From Syntrophales bacterium (GTDB lineage: Bacteria > Desulfobacterota > Syntrophia > Syntrophales > PHBD01), in NCBI GenBank assembly GCA_963668175.1, contig OY764159.1:2176001-2240000 (forward strand): 64,000 nucleotides of DNA, written 5' to 3'. The notes beneath the pieces were generated by a model, which saw only the letters and a program-made list of their open reading frames with translations, did no database searches and was not told the DNA's origin. The number at the start of each line of letters is the position of its first letter. The first letter of the stretch is position 1. Shown piece after piece: positions 21,426-31,843 of this stretch. The position numbers were made by a program, and so were the translations under genes.

Positions 21426-21434
21426 TGACGACGC

Positions 21435-22394
21435 TCACTTCATTTTGTTCAGTTTTTTGACTTCCTTCCAATAGACGCTTTCGCTCAGTTGCTTGCGGAA
21501 TTCTTTAAGGAACTTGTCTTTCCCCTGTATAGCCGGCGGCCACGCCTCATGGAACAAATCCCGGGCCGCCCGCGCGTTGCCGCTGTAGATGAGGTCCAGC
21601 ATCGTTTCCCAGAGCAAAACGGGAGGCCCGTCTTTTTTCCACGCTTCATCGCTCCGTATCCGGGCAATCGCATCGGACAGGAAGGATGGAATGGGCGCCG
21701 GCTTCACCATCAGTTCCCGCGCGAATCCGTACTTGCCGTTCTTGTAGCGAAGATAGACTTGGGGCGCAGGCGATGCCGCGAAACTCGCGTTCCAGTAGGC
21801 AAATGCGAAATCCCAGGTGGCGAAAACCAGCCCCTTCTCTCCTTCGACTTCCCGAAAAACGGAATTCTCTCCGTGTGCGGCGTCGATGGTCGCGATCTTG
21901 CGAAACCTCTTGCCTATTTCGAAGACATGATAATAGTAGCAGCAATGCGCGCCGCCGGACCACTCGCTTATGACCAGATTCGGGACACCCCGGCCCGTTA
22001 TGTCCCTGCCCATGGCTATCAGGTCGGCGTTGATGGGCGGTTCATCGGAAGCCGCGTCCTGGTCTTCCCGCTTTTCCCGGACGCCGTCGAGGATATGGCC
22101 GACATTGAAATTGTGCCCTTTTTTTCTATAGAGGGCTTTGCCGTTACGGAGGATTTCGAAATACCCCTCGTCGGTGTCTTGGTGATAAAGAAAGATGCGG
22201 ACCGTGTAACGCCCATAAGACTCTTCATCGTGGAATCCGTATACGCTCTTTCCCGAGGCAAGCGCTTGTCCGTAGAATAGAGCCGGCATCAGGAAAAGGG
22301 CGATGCTAATCATCCATAGACGATGCGATGAAGCGGAGCGCCGGTTGCAGCAGCCTTGCAGCCGAGTTCGAGTGTATATGGAATCCCTGCGCAT
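21435..22394 (-). CDS. Hypothetical exported protein (SGGAHCC motif); start uncertain
   Basis: 3' part of ORF 21435..23018 not overlapping the MBL gene; hydrophobic signal-like segment. Confidence 0.65.
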   Translation of the reverse strand: MRRDSIYTRTRLQGCCNRRSASSHRLWMISIALFLMPALFYGQALASGKSVYGFHDEESYGRYTVRIFLYHQDTDEGYFEILRNGKALYRKKGHNFNVGHILDGVREKREDQDAASDEPPINADLIAMGRDITGRGVPNLVISEWSGGAHCCYYYHVFEIGKRFRKIATIDAAHGENSVFREVEGEKGLVFATWDFAFAYWNASFAASPAPQVYLRYKNGKYGFARELMVKPAPIPSFLSDAIARIRSDEAWKKDGPPVLLWETMLDLIYSGNARAARDLFHEAWPPAIQGKDKFLKEFRKQLSESVYWKEVKKLNKMK

Positions 22395-22419
22395 GTTTCC
22401 TCTTCCTGTTTTCACCGCC

Positions 22420-23424
22420 TCAATAGGCCGTCTTGGGTTTCGCGTCCTCCACGATGACCGTGTAATCCACGGGTACGAAGGTATAGGTGTCCTTCCCGTC
22501 GGCCCGGATGTGGCCGATGCCGGGGAAGGGCAGGTGCATGCCGGCGATGAGGGCCTTGTTCGCGGCGGCCTTTTTGAAGAGCGCAAGCCTCGCCTCGACG
22601 GCCTGCTTCGGGTTCGTGTCGAAGCTGATCGCCACCCTGGGGCGGGCGAACTGGACCGCCGTGTCGTGGACCATGTCGCCGGTGACGAGGAGCGACGCCT
22701 TGCCGTCGCCGATTTCATAGGCCGTGTGCCCCGGCGTGTGCCCCGGGATGGGGATCGACTTGATGCCGGGCACCGGCGAATCGCCGTTTCCGAAGGTCTT
22801 CCATGTGCCCGCCGCGACAAACGGAGCCGCCAGATCGCGCGCCATTTTGAAGAACTTCTTGAATTCGGCCGGCGCCTTCTCCTCCGAGGCGGGGTCGATC
22901 CAGAAGTCGCTTTCCGCCTTGGCGACATAGACGACCGCGTTCGGGAAGGCAGGCTTCCCTGCCGCATCGAGGAGCCCGCCCACATGGTCGCCGTGCAGGT
23001 GGGTGATGACGACGGCATCGACCTGGGCCGGGTCGTAGCCCGCCGCCCTGAGGTTGCCCATCGCCCTTCCCATCGTCGGGCCGAAGACGCCGCCCGCGCC
23101 CGTATCGACCAGCACCAGCTTCGAGCCGGTATTGACGAGGTACGTGTTCACGGAGGTCTGCGCCCCGGGGGCGATGAACATGCGGTTGTGGAGCTTTTGG
23201 ATTTCCTGTTCCGTTGCGTTTTTCATGAGCTTATCGTTCAGCGCGACGTAGCCGTCGTAAAGGGCCGTCACCTCGAACGATCCCACCATGAGGCGGTAGA
23301 AGCCCGGCGCCTGCGTCTTGACCATGGGGGCTTCGGCCCCGGCGAATGAAGATAGACAGAAGATCAACAGGCCGGCCCATACGATGCCCGACCGCTTCCG
23401 TGTGACGGATGATATGCTTTTCAT
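22420..23424 (-). CDS. MBL-fold metallo-hydrolase (methyl-parathion hydrolase-like), exported
   Basis: THLHGDHVGG, GHTPGH, GDMVH, MHLPFPG; signal peptide; RBS AGGAGG. Confidence 0.9.
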   Translation of the reverse strand: MKSISSVTRKRSGIVWAGLLIFCLSSFAGAEAPMVKTQAPGFYRLMVGSFEVTALYDGYVALNDKLMKNATEQEIQKLHNRMFIAPGAQTSVNTYLVNTGSKLVLVDTGAGGVFGPTMGRAMGNLRAAGYDPAQVDAVVITHLHGDHVGGLLDAAGKPAFPNAVVYVAKAESDFWIDPASEEKAPAEFKKFFKMARDLAAPFVAAGTWKTFGNGDSPVPGIKSIPIPGHTPGHTAYEIGDGKASLLVTGDMVHDTAVQFARPRVAISFDTNPKQAVEARLALFKKAAANKALIAGMHLPFPGIGHIRADGKDTYTFVPVDYTVIVEDAKPKTAY

Positions 23425-23629
23425 CCCATACCTCCTGTTGGATTGGTTATATTTTGCTTATGCTTCGCGAACTATAGGGAAGACGGGGCGGCGTGTCAAC
23501 CGGAATTCTGGACGTGGACGGACGGCGATCCGGAAGCGAAAAATAAGGCTTGGGCGCGCGGACGGCAAATGTGGTATGGAAATCCGCCGCCCAGGCGGCG
23601 ATCAATCCGAGACGAAAGACGGAGGGCTT

Positions 23630-24370
23630 ATGAACGGACTCGTATTGCGGAAAGACGACAACGGCTTGTGCACCCTGACCCTGAACCGCCCCGACAAGAT
23701 GAACGCGCTGAACATCGAACTGTTCCGGGAATTGCGCGGCCATGTCGACGACCTGGCCCGGCAGAACGACGTTATCGGCTGCGTCGTCCTGCGGGGGAGC
23801 GGCCCGTGTTTCTCGGCGGGGAACGACCTCAACATCGTGGGCCCCTACGCGGACCCCCTGATGAAGCGCTTCCGGGCGGAGACGGTCACCGCCCTGGCGA
23901 ACCTGCCCCAGCCGGTCATTGCGGCGGTCCACAGCCATTGCTACACGGGCGCCCTGGAACTGGCCCTGGCGGCGGACCTCATCGTCGCGGCCCGGTCGGC
24001 CAGGTTCGGCGACACCCACGCCAAATGGGCCGTGACGCCTTACTGGGGGATGAGCCAGCGCCTGCCGCGGCGCATCGGCGTGTCCAAGGCGAAGGAGATG
24101 ACGTTCACGGCGAAGACGTATTCGGGGGAGGAAGCGGCGGCCATGGGCCTCGCCGATATGTGCTTCCCGGACGAGAGCTTCGACGCGGAGATCGCGTCCC
24201 TGGCCCGGACGATCCTCGCCAATTCGTGGTTCACCCACCGGGCCTTCAAAAGGCTCTTCGAATATACCGACGGCATGTCCCTGAACGACGGCCTGCGCTA
24301 CGAATTCGACAATAACGAGGGCCCGGGGCCCGACGCGGCGGAACGGCTCGACGCCTTCCTGAAGAAATAG
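23630..24370 (+). CDS. Enoyl-CoA hydratase/isomerase family protein
   Basis: LNRPDKMNAL, FSAGNDL, GALELALAADL; RBS GGAGGG. Confidence 0.9.
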   Translation: MNGLVLRKDDNGLCTLTLNRPDKMNALNIELFRELRGHVDDLARQNDVIGCVVLRGSGPCFSAGNDLNIVGPYADPLMKRFRAETVTALANLPQPVIAAVHSHCYTGALELALAADLIVAARSARFGDTHAKWAVTPYWGMSQRLPRRIGVSKAKEMTFTAKTYSGEEAAAMGLADMCFPDESFDAEIASLARTILANSWFTHRAFKRLFEYTDGMSLNDGLRYEFDNNEGPGPDAAERLDAFLKK

Positions 24371-24445
24371 GCGGAGAAGTGCGGCGCCGCTTGACGGGCA
24401 GGCGATGCATTTAACATTATCGCCGACCGGCCGCCGAAGAGGGGC

Positions 24446-24775
24446 TCAGCCCCCTTCCCAGCCTTTGAAGCCCTTCAGCGTCGCCGTGAGCCGGGGATAA
24501 TGGTAGACTTCGTAGACCGTCTCCGTTCCCAGGATCTGGTCGATCCTCTTCTGGATCTCCGCCCGTTCCGGCGATTTCAGCCACTGCTCCCAGGACTCCA
24601 GGCTGTCCCACGAACTGACGACCAGGTATTCCGGAACGTCCGCCCTCCTCAGGGTTTCGCTGGACACGTATCCGGGGCAGGAAGCCACCCTGGAGCGGAG
24701 CTGGTTGATGAGCCCCAGTAAATCCTGTTCCTTTTCCTCCTCCACCTTCCGCCTGATAAGGACTTTCACCGACAT
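24446..24775 (-). CDS. Antibiotic biosynthesis monooxygenase (ABM) family protein
   Basis: PGYVSSETL...VVSSWDSLESW; RBS GGGAGG. Confidence 0.8.
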   Translation of the reverse strand: MSVKVLIRRKVEEEKEQDLLGLINQLRSRVASCPGYVSSETLRRADVPEYLVVSSWDSLESWEQWLKSPERAEIQKRIDQILGTETVYEVYHYPRLTATLKGFKGWEGG

Positions 24776-25038
24776 GTCGCACCTCCCTGACGGTCTGGGT
24801 CGCAAGCGGCGCCTGCGCGGCCGGATACGGGCGGGTTTCGGGTCGACCTGCGCGGAGGTCCCGCCCGCCGCCTTCCGGCGATGCGCGATTGCCCCTGGTT
24901 CATGGTTGGTTGCCCGGTTGCCGGTCCGGCCTCCGCCTCGTTTTCGTTGCGAAGCGGTGCGGCCCCTGCACGGAAAGCCTGACTGCCTTTTATGATGCTG
25001 GATACGCGTTGACCCTGTTCACGGCGGCTTGCGGCCGC

Positions 25039-25202
25039 TCGACTATCGCGGCTGGTCCCGGTCTGGAAGGTTGGTTGATGCGGTTTGACTTGACGGCCCT
25101 CGCCTTCGGGCAGGCGGGCTTGCTTTTGCCGTGTCCGGAGATGCGCTCCGCGGCGGCAAACATGCGTCTGCATGCTTCGCATCGATATTCATGCGTTGCC
25201 AT
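25039..25202 (-). pseudogene. Frameshifted FmdB-family zinc-ribbon protein
   Basis: RBS AAGGAGG, MATHEYRCEAC...PACPK; adding one T (AAG-[T]GC) restores CPKCEGRQVK...FQTGTSRDS. Confidence 0.65.
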
Positions 25203-25354
25203 GGGGTCCCTCCTTTTCTGCAAAACGGCGGTTTCCCGCGGGACGGAACGGCGTGTTGACCATGAATACGCGGCGATCACGCTTTACGGCTTTATTATAA
25301 GGCAGGCGGGCGCGGCTGTCAATGCGGCGGGAAGAACACTGTCAATTCGTCATA

Positions 25355-25906
25355 TCAATACCCGTAATTCTTGATCATCAGGATCTCCGACTGCTTTTCA
25401 CAATCGTATATGACCAGGATGTAGTGCATTTTTGTAGCCATCATTCTTTGCATTACGACGTTCAAGCATTGAGGGTGGTCCATGAGGGACGATTTATACA
25501 TGAGCGTCTTTCCATTATCCAGAAGCCACAGATTGCCGTACTCCCGGAATTCTTTTCGGCGCTTGTTTCCGTATGGCTGCAAATCGTTCTCGGATAAAAT
25601 CCGGCGACACTCGCTCGATACTTCCGGGCTCGTATAGCCCGGTTTCGGCGTCATCCGAAGATAATTAGAGCTGCGGGTGTGTGCTTTTATAAAGACGAGG
25701 AAGAGATAGGACAGAATAAGGAAAGCCGGAACAAGAAGCGCTATAAAGACCTTAATGGTCCTTCTTATTCCCGGACGTTTGTTCTCCGGGGCATCTTGGA
25801 TTCGATCCATCGCAATTGTCCGTGCCTCTTGAGGTGCAGTACTTATCCCTGTGTACCCGACAAAACGCATCACAATATTATGAACAAGTATCATAATTGT
25901 ACGCAT
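25355..25906 (-). CDS. Hypothetical single-TM protein, lower GC; start may be MDRIQD near 25810
   Basis: ORF with one hydrophobic segment. Confidence 0.5.
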   Translation of the reverse strand: MRTIMILVHNIVMRFVGYTGISTAPQEARTIAMDRIQDAPENKRPGIRRTIKVFIALLVPAFLILSYLFLVFIKAHTRSSNYLRMTPKPGYTSPEVSSECRRILSENDLQPYGNKRRKEFREYGNLWLLDNGKTLMYKSSLMDHPQCLNVVMQRMMATKMHYILVIYDCEKQSEILMIKNYGY

Positions 25907-26113
25907 AAATCAATGTCAGTTTCTATATGATATCCTGCCTTTGAATGAGGACGGTGGCGCGTCGGATTTGGACGGGGGATCCATTGGCCGGTGAGGATAA
26001 CATTGCGGAGTATGCAAAACACACGGGGGATGCTGGAGGCAACGCAACCATCGCGATGCGCCAAGACGGGCTTGCGGGCGTGGCGCGGATGTTGAGGGCG
26101 TCGCGTGCCGCCG

Positions 26114-26437
26114 TCAGCGGGTTTTCTTCTTGTAAGCGATACCCCAGGAGGCCAGGGCGTCGAGGACCGGCTTCAGGCTGTAGCCCGTTTCGGTCAGGGT
26201 GTACTCCACCCGCGGCGGCACCTCGGCGTAGACGGTGCGCGTCAGAAGCCCGCAGGCCTCCATGGTGCGGAGCTGGGCGGTCAGGACCTTCTGCGAAACG
26301 CTGCCGACGGACTTTCTCAGTTCGCCGAAACGCTTCGTGCCCTCCATCAGATCCCTTAAAACCAGGACCTTCCACTTGTCGCCGATGAGCATCAGGGTCG
26401 TCTCGACGGGGCAGGCGGGCCATCTTTTTTCTTCCAT
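26114..26437 (-). CDS. HxlR-family winged-helix transcriptional regulator
   Basis: CPVETTL...IGDKWK...KRFGEL...SQKVLT...PPRVEYTLT; RBS GGAGG. Confidence 0.93.
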   Translation of the reverse strand: MEEKRWPACPVETTLMLIGDKWKVLVLRDLMEGTKRFGELRKSVGSVSQKVLTAQLRTMEACGLLTRTVYAEVPPRVEYTLTETGYSLKPVLDALASWGIAYKKKTR

Positions 26438-26468
26438 AGCGAACCTCCAACATGTCAATACCGCTTAA

Positions 26469-26504
26469 TAGTATCTGAAAGGATACTACAGCACAAACTT
26501 GTGC
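26469..26504. promoter_or_regulatory. Two adjacent palindromic operators in the divergent HxlR promoter
   Basis: TAGTATC-N6-GATACTA (26469-26488) and GCACAA-AC-TTGTGC (26491-26504). Confidence 0.65.
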
Positions 26505-26591
26505 CTACTTTACAAAAACTCTGTACAGACATATCGTACCTTCAACGGCCGGCATTTGCAAGCCGAAACATCAGCCAAGGAGGCAACCACT

Positions 26592-26993
26592 ATGAAAGAA
26601 GTCGTAAAATTTTTGAAAGAGAACCCCGTCCAGTACCTCGCGACCGTCGGCCGCGACGGCCGCGCGAAGTGCCGCCCCTTCATGTTCTGCTTCGAGCGGG
26701 AGGGCAGGCTCTGGTTCTGCACCGGCACGATGAAGGACGTCTACCGGGACATGCAGGCGAACCCCCATGTCGAGGTCTGCGTCGCAAGCCCGGCCTACGC
26801 CTGGATGCGCCTGAGCGGGAAGGCCGTGTTCGAGGACAACCGGGCCGTGAAGGAGGCGTGTATGGAGAACCCCATCGTGAAGGGCGTGTACGGCGACGCG
26901 GGGAATCCCGTCTTTGCCGTATTCTTCCTGGCCGATGCAAAGGCCGTCATCGCCGACTTCTCCGGCAAACCGCCGGCGGAGTATGCCTTGTGA
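26592..26993 (+). CDS. Pyridoxamine 5'-phosphate oxidase-like FMN-binding protein
   Basis: YLATV...CRPF...LWFCT...K...NPHVEVC...WMRLSG; RBS AAGGAGG. Confidence 0.88.
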   Translation: MKEVVKFLKENPVQYLATVGRDGRAKCRPFMFCFEREGRLWFCTGTMKDVYRDMQANPHVEVCVASPAYAWMRLSGKAVFEDNRAVKEACMENPIVKGVYGDAGNPVFAVFFLADAKAVIADFSGKPPAEYAL

Positions 26994-27113
26994 ACCTGCC
27001 GGCGGCCGCAAAAAGAAAGTCCCGGAACGCGATCCGTTCCGGGGCCGGTCCGGTTTCTCTCTCTTTCCGCGCGCCGCGCCGTATGCGGTTTTTACGGCAT
27101 TCCCCGCGGAAAT

Positions 27114-27500
27114 TCACCTCTCTTTGCGGGGGTAAAACAGCCGGGGCGCAAGGAGAATCCAGAGGAGGAAGATGACCCAGACGCGGCCCGCAGAGAGATC
27201 GTAGTCGCGGAGAACGGCGGCGAGGGGCTTGCCGGCCAGGACAAGGCCCATGAAGAATTCGAACGCCACGGTGAGCAAAAGCCAGACGGCCCCGATCATA
27301 AGTGCATAGCGCCGCGACAGCGGCGGCCACCGGCGGACGACGAAACGGATGAAAAGGCCCATGAGCGCCGATCCGATGAGTGTCGAGAGCTGGTGGGCGC
27401 GAAGCTCGGGCATGGCCTTGGCAAAGGTGAATTGGCGCAACGCGCCGTTCGCAATCGCGATGGCCAGCATGGCGAACCAGGCCAGGATATAGCGAAGCAC
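27114..27500 (-). CDS. Hypothetical integral membrane protein (about 4 TM)
   Basis: Hydrophobic ORF with NGALR, HQLST, FEF; RBS AAGGAG. Confidence 0.75.
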   Translation of the reverse strand: MLRYILAWFAMLAIAIANGALRQFTFAKAMPELRAHQLSTLIGSALMGLFIRFVVRRWPPLSRRYALMIGAVWLLLTVAFEFFMGLVLAGKPLAAVLRDYDLSAGRVWVIFLLWILLAPRLFYPRKER

Positions 27501-27551
27501 GGGGAATCTCCTTAAGGAGCGTGTTTCGTCGATGCGTGCGACGTTCCGTCT

Positions 27552-28445
27552 CTATTCCGGAAGGGACGCGGCCTTGCGGCTTTTCCCCGGCGGGGCGGGA
27601 ATCTTCGCTTCGCAGGGGACGCCCGCCTGACAGAAGCCGCAGCCGTAGCCGTCGAAGCCGTAATGGACCGCCGTATATTCGGCGGTCTTCACGAGGTAGT
27701 CCATGCATTTCTTCTTGTCGTGGCCTTCCGGGCCGATCGCCCCGGCGGGGCAGCGCTTGATGCACTTTCCGCAGCGGCCCTTCCCCGAGAAGAAGAGGCA
27801 GTAGGCGCGATGGTCCGTGTAGGGGCGCGGCGTCGGCGGGACGTCGATGCGGGCGATGACCGACCCGCAGCGGTGGGAGATGCCCCGGGCCGTGATGAGG
27901 GCGTCGTTCAGGGAGAAGGTGCCGAGGCCCGCCGCGTAGGCGGCGTGACGCTCCGACCAGACGGAGGCGTAAGGGTACCGCGTCAGGATGTCCGTGTATT
28001 TCATGTGCCAGTGGGGCGAAAGGAGCGGGGCCATGGCCTCGAAGCCCGCGGCCGCCAGCGTCTCCACGACGTGCCGGCGGAGCTTCGCGTTCACCTGCTC
28101 GCCGAAGATGCGAGCCCGGACCCAGCTCTCCGGGGGATCGGCCTTCGCCTTCCGGATTGCGGAGCGGGTCTTTTCCGTGTGGGGCAGGACCCAGCTTACG
28201 ACCGTCAGCTCCTTGGCTTCCGCCTGCGAGCGGGGGAAGGCCAGGCCGAACCACTCCCGGGGCGTCCAGTGGAACGGGCCGACGACGTCCTTGTACGTCG
28301 CATAGAGGGGATCGTCTCCCCGGGAGAACCCCACGAGCGGGTCGTCCCAGGCCCGGTCGTTCTCCCTGTTTTGAAGGGTGTTCTCCGGAGAACTGCCGAT
28401 GAAATCCCGGATCGTCCCCTCCAGCCATGCCGCGCGGTCGTCCAT
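27552..28445 (-). CDS. Epoxyqueuosine reductase (QueG)-like 4Fe-4S protein
   Basis: SERHAAYAAGLG, C-x-K-C-x3-CP, CGFCQAGVPC. Confidence 0.8.
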   Translation of the reverse strand: MDDRAAWLEGTIRDFIGSSPENTLQNRENDRAWDDPLVGFSRGDDPLYATYKDVVGPFHWTPREWFGLAFPRSQAEAKELTVVSWVLPHTEKTRSAIRKAKADPPESWVRARIFGEQVNAKLRRHVVETLAAAGFEAMAPLLSPHWHMKYTDILTRYPYASVWSERHAAYAAGLGTFSLNDALITARGISHRCGSVIARIDVPPTPRPYTDHRAYCLFFSGKGRCGKCIKRCPAGAIGPEGHDKKKCMDYLVKTAEYTAVHYGFDGYGCGFCQAGVPCEAKIPAPPGKSRKAASLPE

Positions 28446-28627
28446 GTGCGTCTGTTCCCTTCCCGTCGATGGGGGCATCATACGCCTTTTGACTTTCCGT
28501 TTCAACCGGGGCGTGTCTGTCAGCCGCAGGACGGGGCAGCGCTGCGTTTTCGGGGGGGTATCCCGGAAAAAGACGGCGGCCGCGAAATCGGCGGTCCTTG
28601 CGCGGGACGGCGGCGGGGAAGGAATGC

Positions 28628-29674
28628 TCAGCGGGCCTTGAAGAGCATGACCAGTTTTTCGAAGAGCTCTTTCTGGAGGCTGTGGGGGACCAACTGGTCC
28701 CGCATGGCCTTCAGGGCTTCGAAGGAGGGCATGGCTTTCTTGTAGGGGCGCTTGGCCGTCATGGCGTCGAAGATATCGGCGATGGCGCAGATCCGGCCGT
28801 AGATGTGGATGTCGTCCCCTTCCAGGCCGTAGGGATACCCGCCGCCGGCGATCTTTTCGTGGTGCTGCAGGACGATCAGCTTGAGCTCGTCGGTCGTCTG
28901 CCGGGCGTCTTCGAGGAGGCTGAAGCCCATGGAGGGATGCTGCTTCATGACCGCCATCTCCTCGTCGGTCAGTTTGCCCGGCTTGTTGATGATGTCCAGG
29001 TCGACGTGGACCTTGCCTAGGTCGTGGAGGAAGTACCCCGCGCCCAGGGCGTGGAGGTCGTGGGCGTCCGATTGGCCGAAGACGCTTTTGGAGAGCGCGA
29101 CGGCAAGGATGCCCACGGACACCGAGTGGATGTAGGTGGTATAGTCGTGGCTCGAAATATTGATCAGGTGGAAGGTCGTGGCGTCGTCCCGGAGGATCAT
29201 GTCCACCAGGTCGGTCGTCGCCTTCTTGACGGTCTGGATGTTGGTGGCGGTGGGCTGCTCCAGGAGCCGCTGCATCATGGTGACGGAATATTCCCGGACG
29301 AGGGTGGCCTTCTTCTCCGGCTCCAGGCGCCGGTCGTGGATGACCTCCGGGAGTTCGTCGGGGACGACGGGTGCGGGTGCGGGCTTGGGCGCCTCCACGG
29401 CCGCCTCCACGGCCGCCCGGACGGCTTCCTTCGGTTCTTCCCGCAGTTCCACCCGGAGGGCGGGCTTGGGCTGCGGGGACGGTTCGGATTCGAAGATACT
29501 CCGGTCGGGATCGATCTGGACGGTCCTCAGCCCCAGGCTCCTGAGCCTTTCGATGTCAGCCTCGGACGCAATGATAAAGCGGTTCTTGAGGAAGGGATGC
29601 CGGAGCCACCCCAGGTCGAGCATGACGTACATCCCGACTTTCAATTTACTCAAAGGAACGCTTTTCGTCGTCAT
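28628..29674 (-). CDS. HD-GYP domain protein with N-terminal DUF3391-like domain (c-di-GMP phosphodiesterase)
   Basis: LKVGMYV...W..HPF; HDLGK, HHE, GYPYG, RPYK. Confidence 0.9.
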   Translation of the reverse strand: MTTKSVPLSKLKVGMYVMLDLGWLRHPFLKNRFIIASEADIERLRSLGLRTVQIDPDRSIFESEPSPQPKPALRVELREEPKEAVRAAVEAAVEAPKPAPAPVVPDELPEVIHDRRLEPEKKATLVREYSVTMMQRLLEQPTATNIQTVKKATTDLVDMILRDDATTFHLINISSHDYTTYIHSVSVGILAVALSKSVFGQSDAHDLHALGAGYFLHDLGKVHVDLDIINKPGKLTDEEMAVMKQHPSMGFSLLEDARQTTDELKLIVLQHHEKIAGGGYPYGLEGDDIHIYGRICAIADIFDAMTAKRPYKKAMPSFEALKAMRDQLVPHSLQKELFEKLVMLFKAR

Positions 29675-30068
29675 CGGGAGGCACCGTACTCATTATGGCG
29701 GCCGCGCCCGGGATCTGCTCCGGGATATGCCGCCGGGGCCGGGGATGTTCCGCTTCCCCGGCGCGTTGCGCCCATTGGCGCGGACCCGATGCCGTCAAGA
29801 AGGACGCCGTTATGTCCGTGAAAGCCCCGCCGACGCGTCGAACGGCGTCTATATGCTCCAACCCCCGGTGTCGATCCAAACATGCCTTATTTTAAGGTCG
29901 CCCGCTGCCGTTGTCAATCGGTAACTCGTGAAGCCGCACCGGATGCCGCTTCAGGGGCGCGTAACGGCGGCGGAGGACCGGCCGGTAAACGAAAATGAGG
30001 CTCCCCGGAGCCCGTCGTTTCCGATCGTAATATCGAATAAGGTTTTTCCGCTTCCAGCAGCGCCGGTT

Positions 30069-31355
30069 TTACGTACCGTGCTCGCCGATGATCGGCAGTC
30101 TGATGGTGAATGTCGTGCCGCGCCCCGGTTCGCTCTGCACGTCGATGTTGCCCTCGTGGCTTTCGATGATGCGATACACGATGGATAATCCCATCCCCAG
30201 GCCCTTGCCGACATCCCGCGTGGTGAAGAACGGATTGAATATGTCCTTGATGACGTCCGCCGGGATGCCCACGCCGTCGTCCGAAATCGCGATATTGATG
30301 AAATTGTCCACCGCTTCGGTCGTTATGGCGATGGTCCCGTCGGGCTTTATCGCCTGGCTTGCGTTGAGGATCAGGTTGAGAAACAGCTGCCTCAATTGCC
30401 TGGGATTCGCGAACGTCATCGGGATGCTGCCGAGGTTGTCGACGACGCGGCCTTTCTTGCGGAGTTCCTCATCGAGCAGCACCAGGGCCGTTTTTATCTC
30501 CACATTCACGTCGACCATGCTGTGCTCGCTTGCGCTGGACTGGGCGAACTCCCGCAGCCTGGAGACGATGTCCTTGATCCGGTTCAGGCCGCTCACCGAA
30601 TCCTCGATGACTTCCGGCAGGTCGGATTTCAGGTAACGGTAATCGTCGCTGCGTATGATGTCCTGCAGCCCCTCGAGGATGCCGTGCGGCCCCGACTCCC
30701 CTTGCGCGGTGGCCGTCACCAGCTTCTCCATCGCGTCGATATAGCCGACAAGATCGGCGACATACTGCCGCATAGTGCCCAGGTTGCTCAAGATGAAGGC
30801 CGCCGGATTGTTGATCTCATGGGCCACTCCTGCGGCAAGATGGCCGATGCCCGCCAGCTTTTCGGCGCGGACGAGCTGGTTCTGGGCCTGCTTCAGCTTT
30901 TCCATCGCTTCTTTCAGATCGTCCAGCGCCTTTTCCCTGTCCTCGACGATTCTGCACAGCTCGATTCCCGCGACGATTTCCCCTTCCTTATTCCGGAGGA
31001 CGGACGCGATATTCTCGAAACGGAAGGGAATGCCGTCTTTCGTGATTCCTACCCGCAGCGCCTTGGATATGTGTCCGGTCCGATAGGACTCGACGATCGG
31101 ACAGCCTTCGCATACGGCGTCCCGCTTCTCGTAGATCTTGTAGCAGTGCTCCCCGACGTGCGCTCCGAAGTTGTCGATCATGAACCGGTTCTGGTAGACG
31201 ATCCTCATGTCCCGGTCCTGGATGCTGAGGCCGTCTCCCAAAGATTCCATGATGTTGTCCAGGATGCCCGCCGGGTTTTCCAATAATTCTTTGGCCGCAT
31301 TGAAGCAGTCGTTCCGGTCCGTCTCGCTCAGCAGGCACTCGATATGCTTACTCAT
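30069..31355 (-). CDS. Cytoplasmic PAS sensor histidine kinase
   Basis: Cys-containing PAS (CYKI...CEGCP), AHEINNP, NLILNA, GLGMGL. Confidence 0.9.
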   Translation of the reverse strand: MSKHIECLLSETDRNDCFNAAKELLENPAGILDNIMESLGDGLSIQDRDMRIVYQNRFMIDNFGAHVGEHCYKIYEKRDAVCEGCPIVESYRTGHISKALRVGITKDGIPFRFENIASVLRNKEGEIVAGIELCRIVEDREKALDDLKEAMEKLKQAQNQLVRAEKLAGIGHLAAGVAHEINNPAAFILSNLGTMRQYVADLVGYIDAMEKLVTATAQGESGPHGILEGLQDIIRSDDYRYLKSDLPEVIEDSVSGLNRIKDIVSRLREFAQSSASEHSMVDVNVEIKTALVLLDEELRKKGRVVDNLGSIPMTFANPRQLRQLFLNLILNASQAIKPDGTIAITTEAVDNFINIAISDDGVGIPADVIKDIFNPFFTTRDVGKGLGMGLSIVYRIIESHEGNIDVQSEPGRGTTFTIRLPIIGEHGT

Positions 31356-31777
31356 GGGTTTCGTTCCTCCTGGAATACAGGCCGGGCGGCGGATAAAATA
31401 AGGAAGACCGCAGGTTAACATGCGCAGCCCGGATTGCCGTACGATTGACTGGAATCGTCTCGTCGACGATATTCAAACGTGATTTAAAAAATAAGCAAAT
31501 TCTATTCCCGAACCAGGACCCGGACATTTGATTCCGGGGGCGGCATCCTGGACGGGAACCACGCGTCCGGACCGCATGCCATACGCGCCCGGCCCGGAAA
31601 ATCGTCTGAAATGACAAGGCCGGACAGGCTTTTCCGTCGATCCGTGCCGTCATAGGCGGACTCGGCGATTATTCTTTATAATCGCGTATCTGTGACGGAT
31701 AGTTCTTCAGGGAGATCGTCGCGGAGGCGGATGCGGCCGGGGCTGGATGCGGACCGGGGGGCGGCGGGACCGAAGAT

Positions 31778-31816
31778 AAAAAAGAGGCGCCGGGACGGTC
31801 CGGTCCCCGGCGCCTT
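31778..31816 (-). terminator. Rho-independent terminator downstream of the flavoprotein gene
   Basis: AGGCGCCGGG...CCCGGCGCCT stem followed by a T-run on the minus strand. Confidence 0.75.
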
Positions 31817-31843
31817 CTTATAAACGGCGTATCTTAAAACGGT

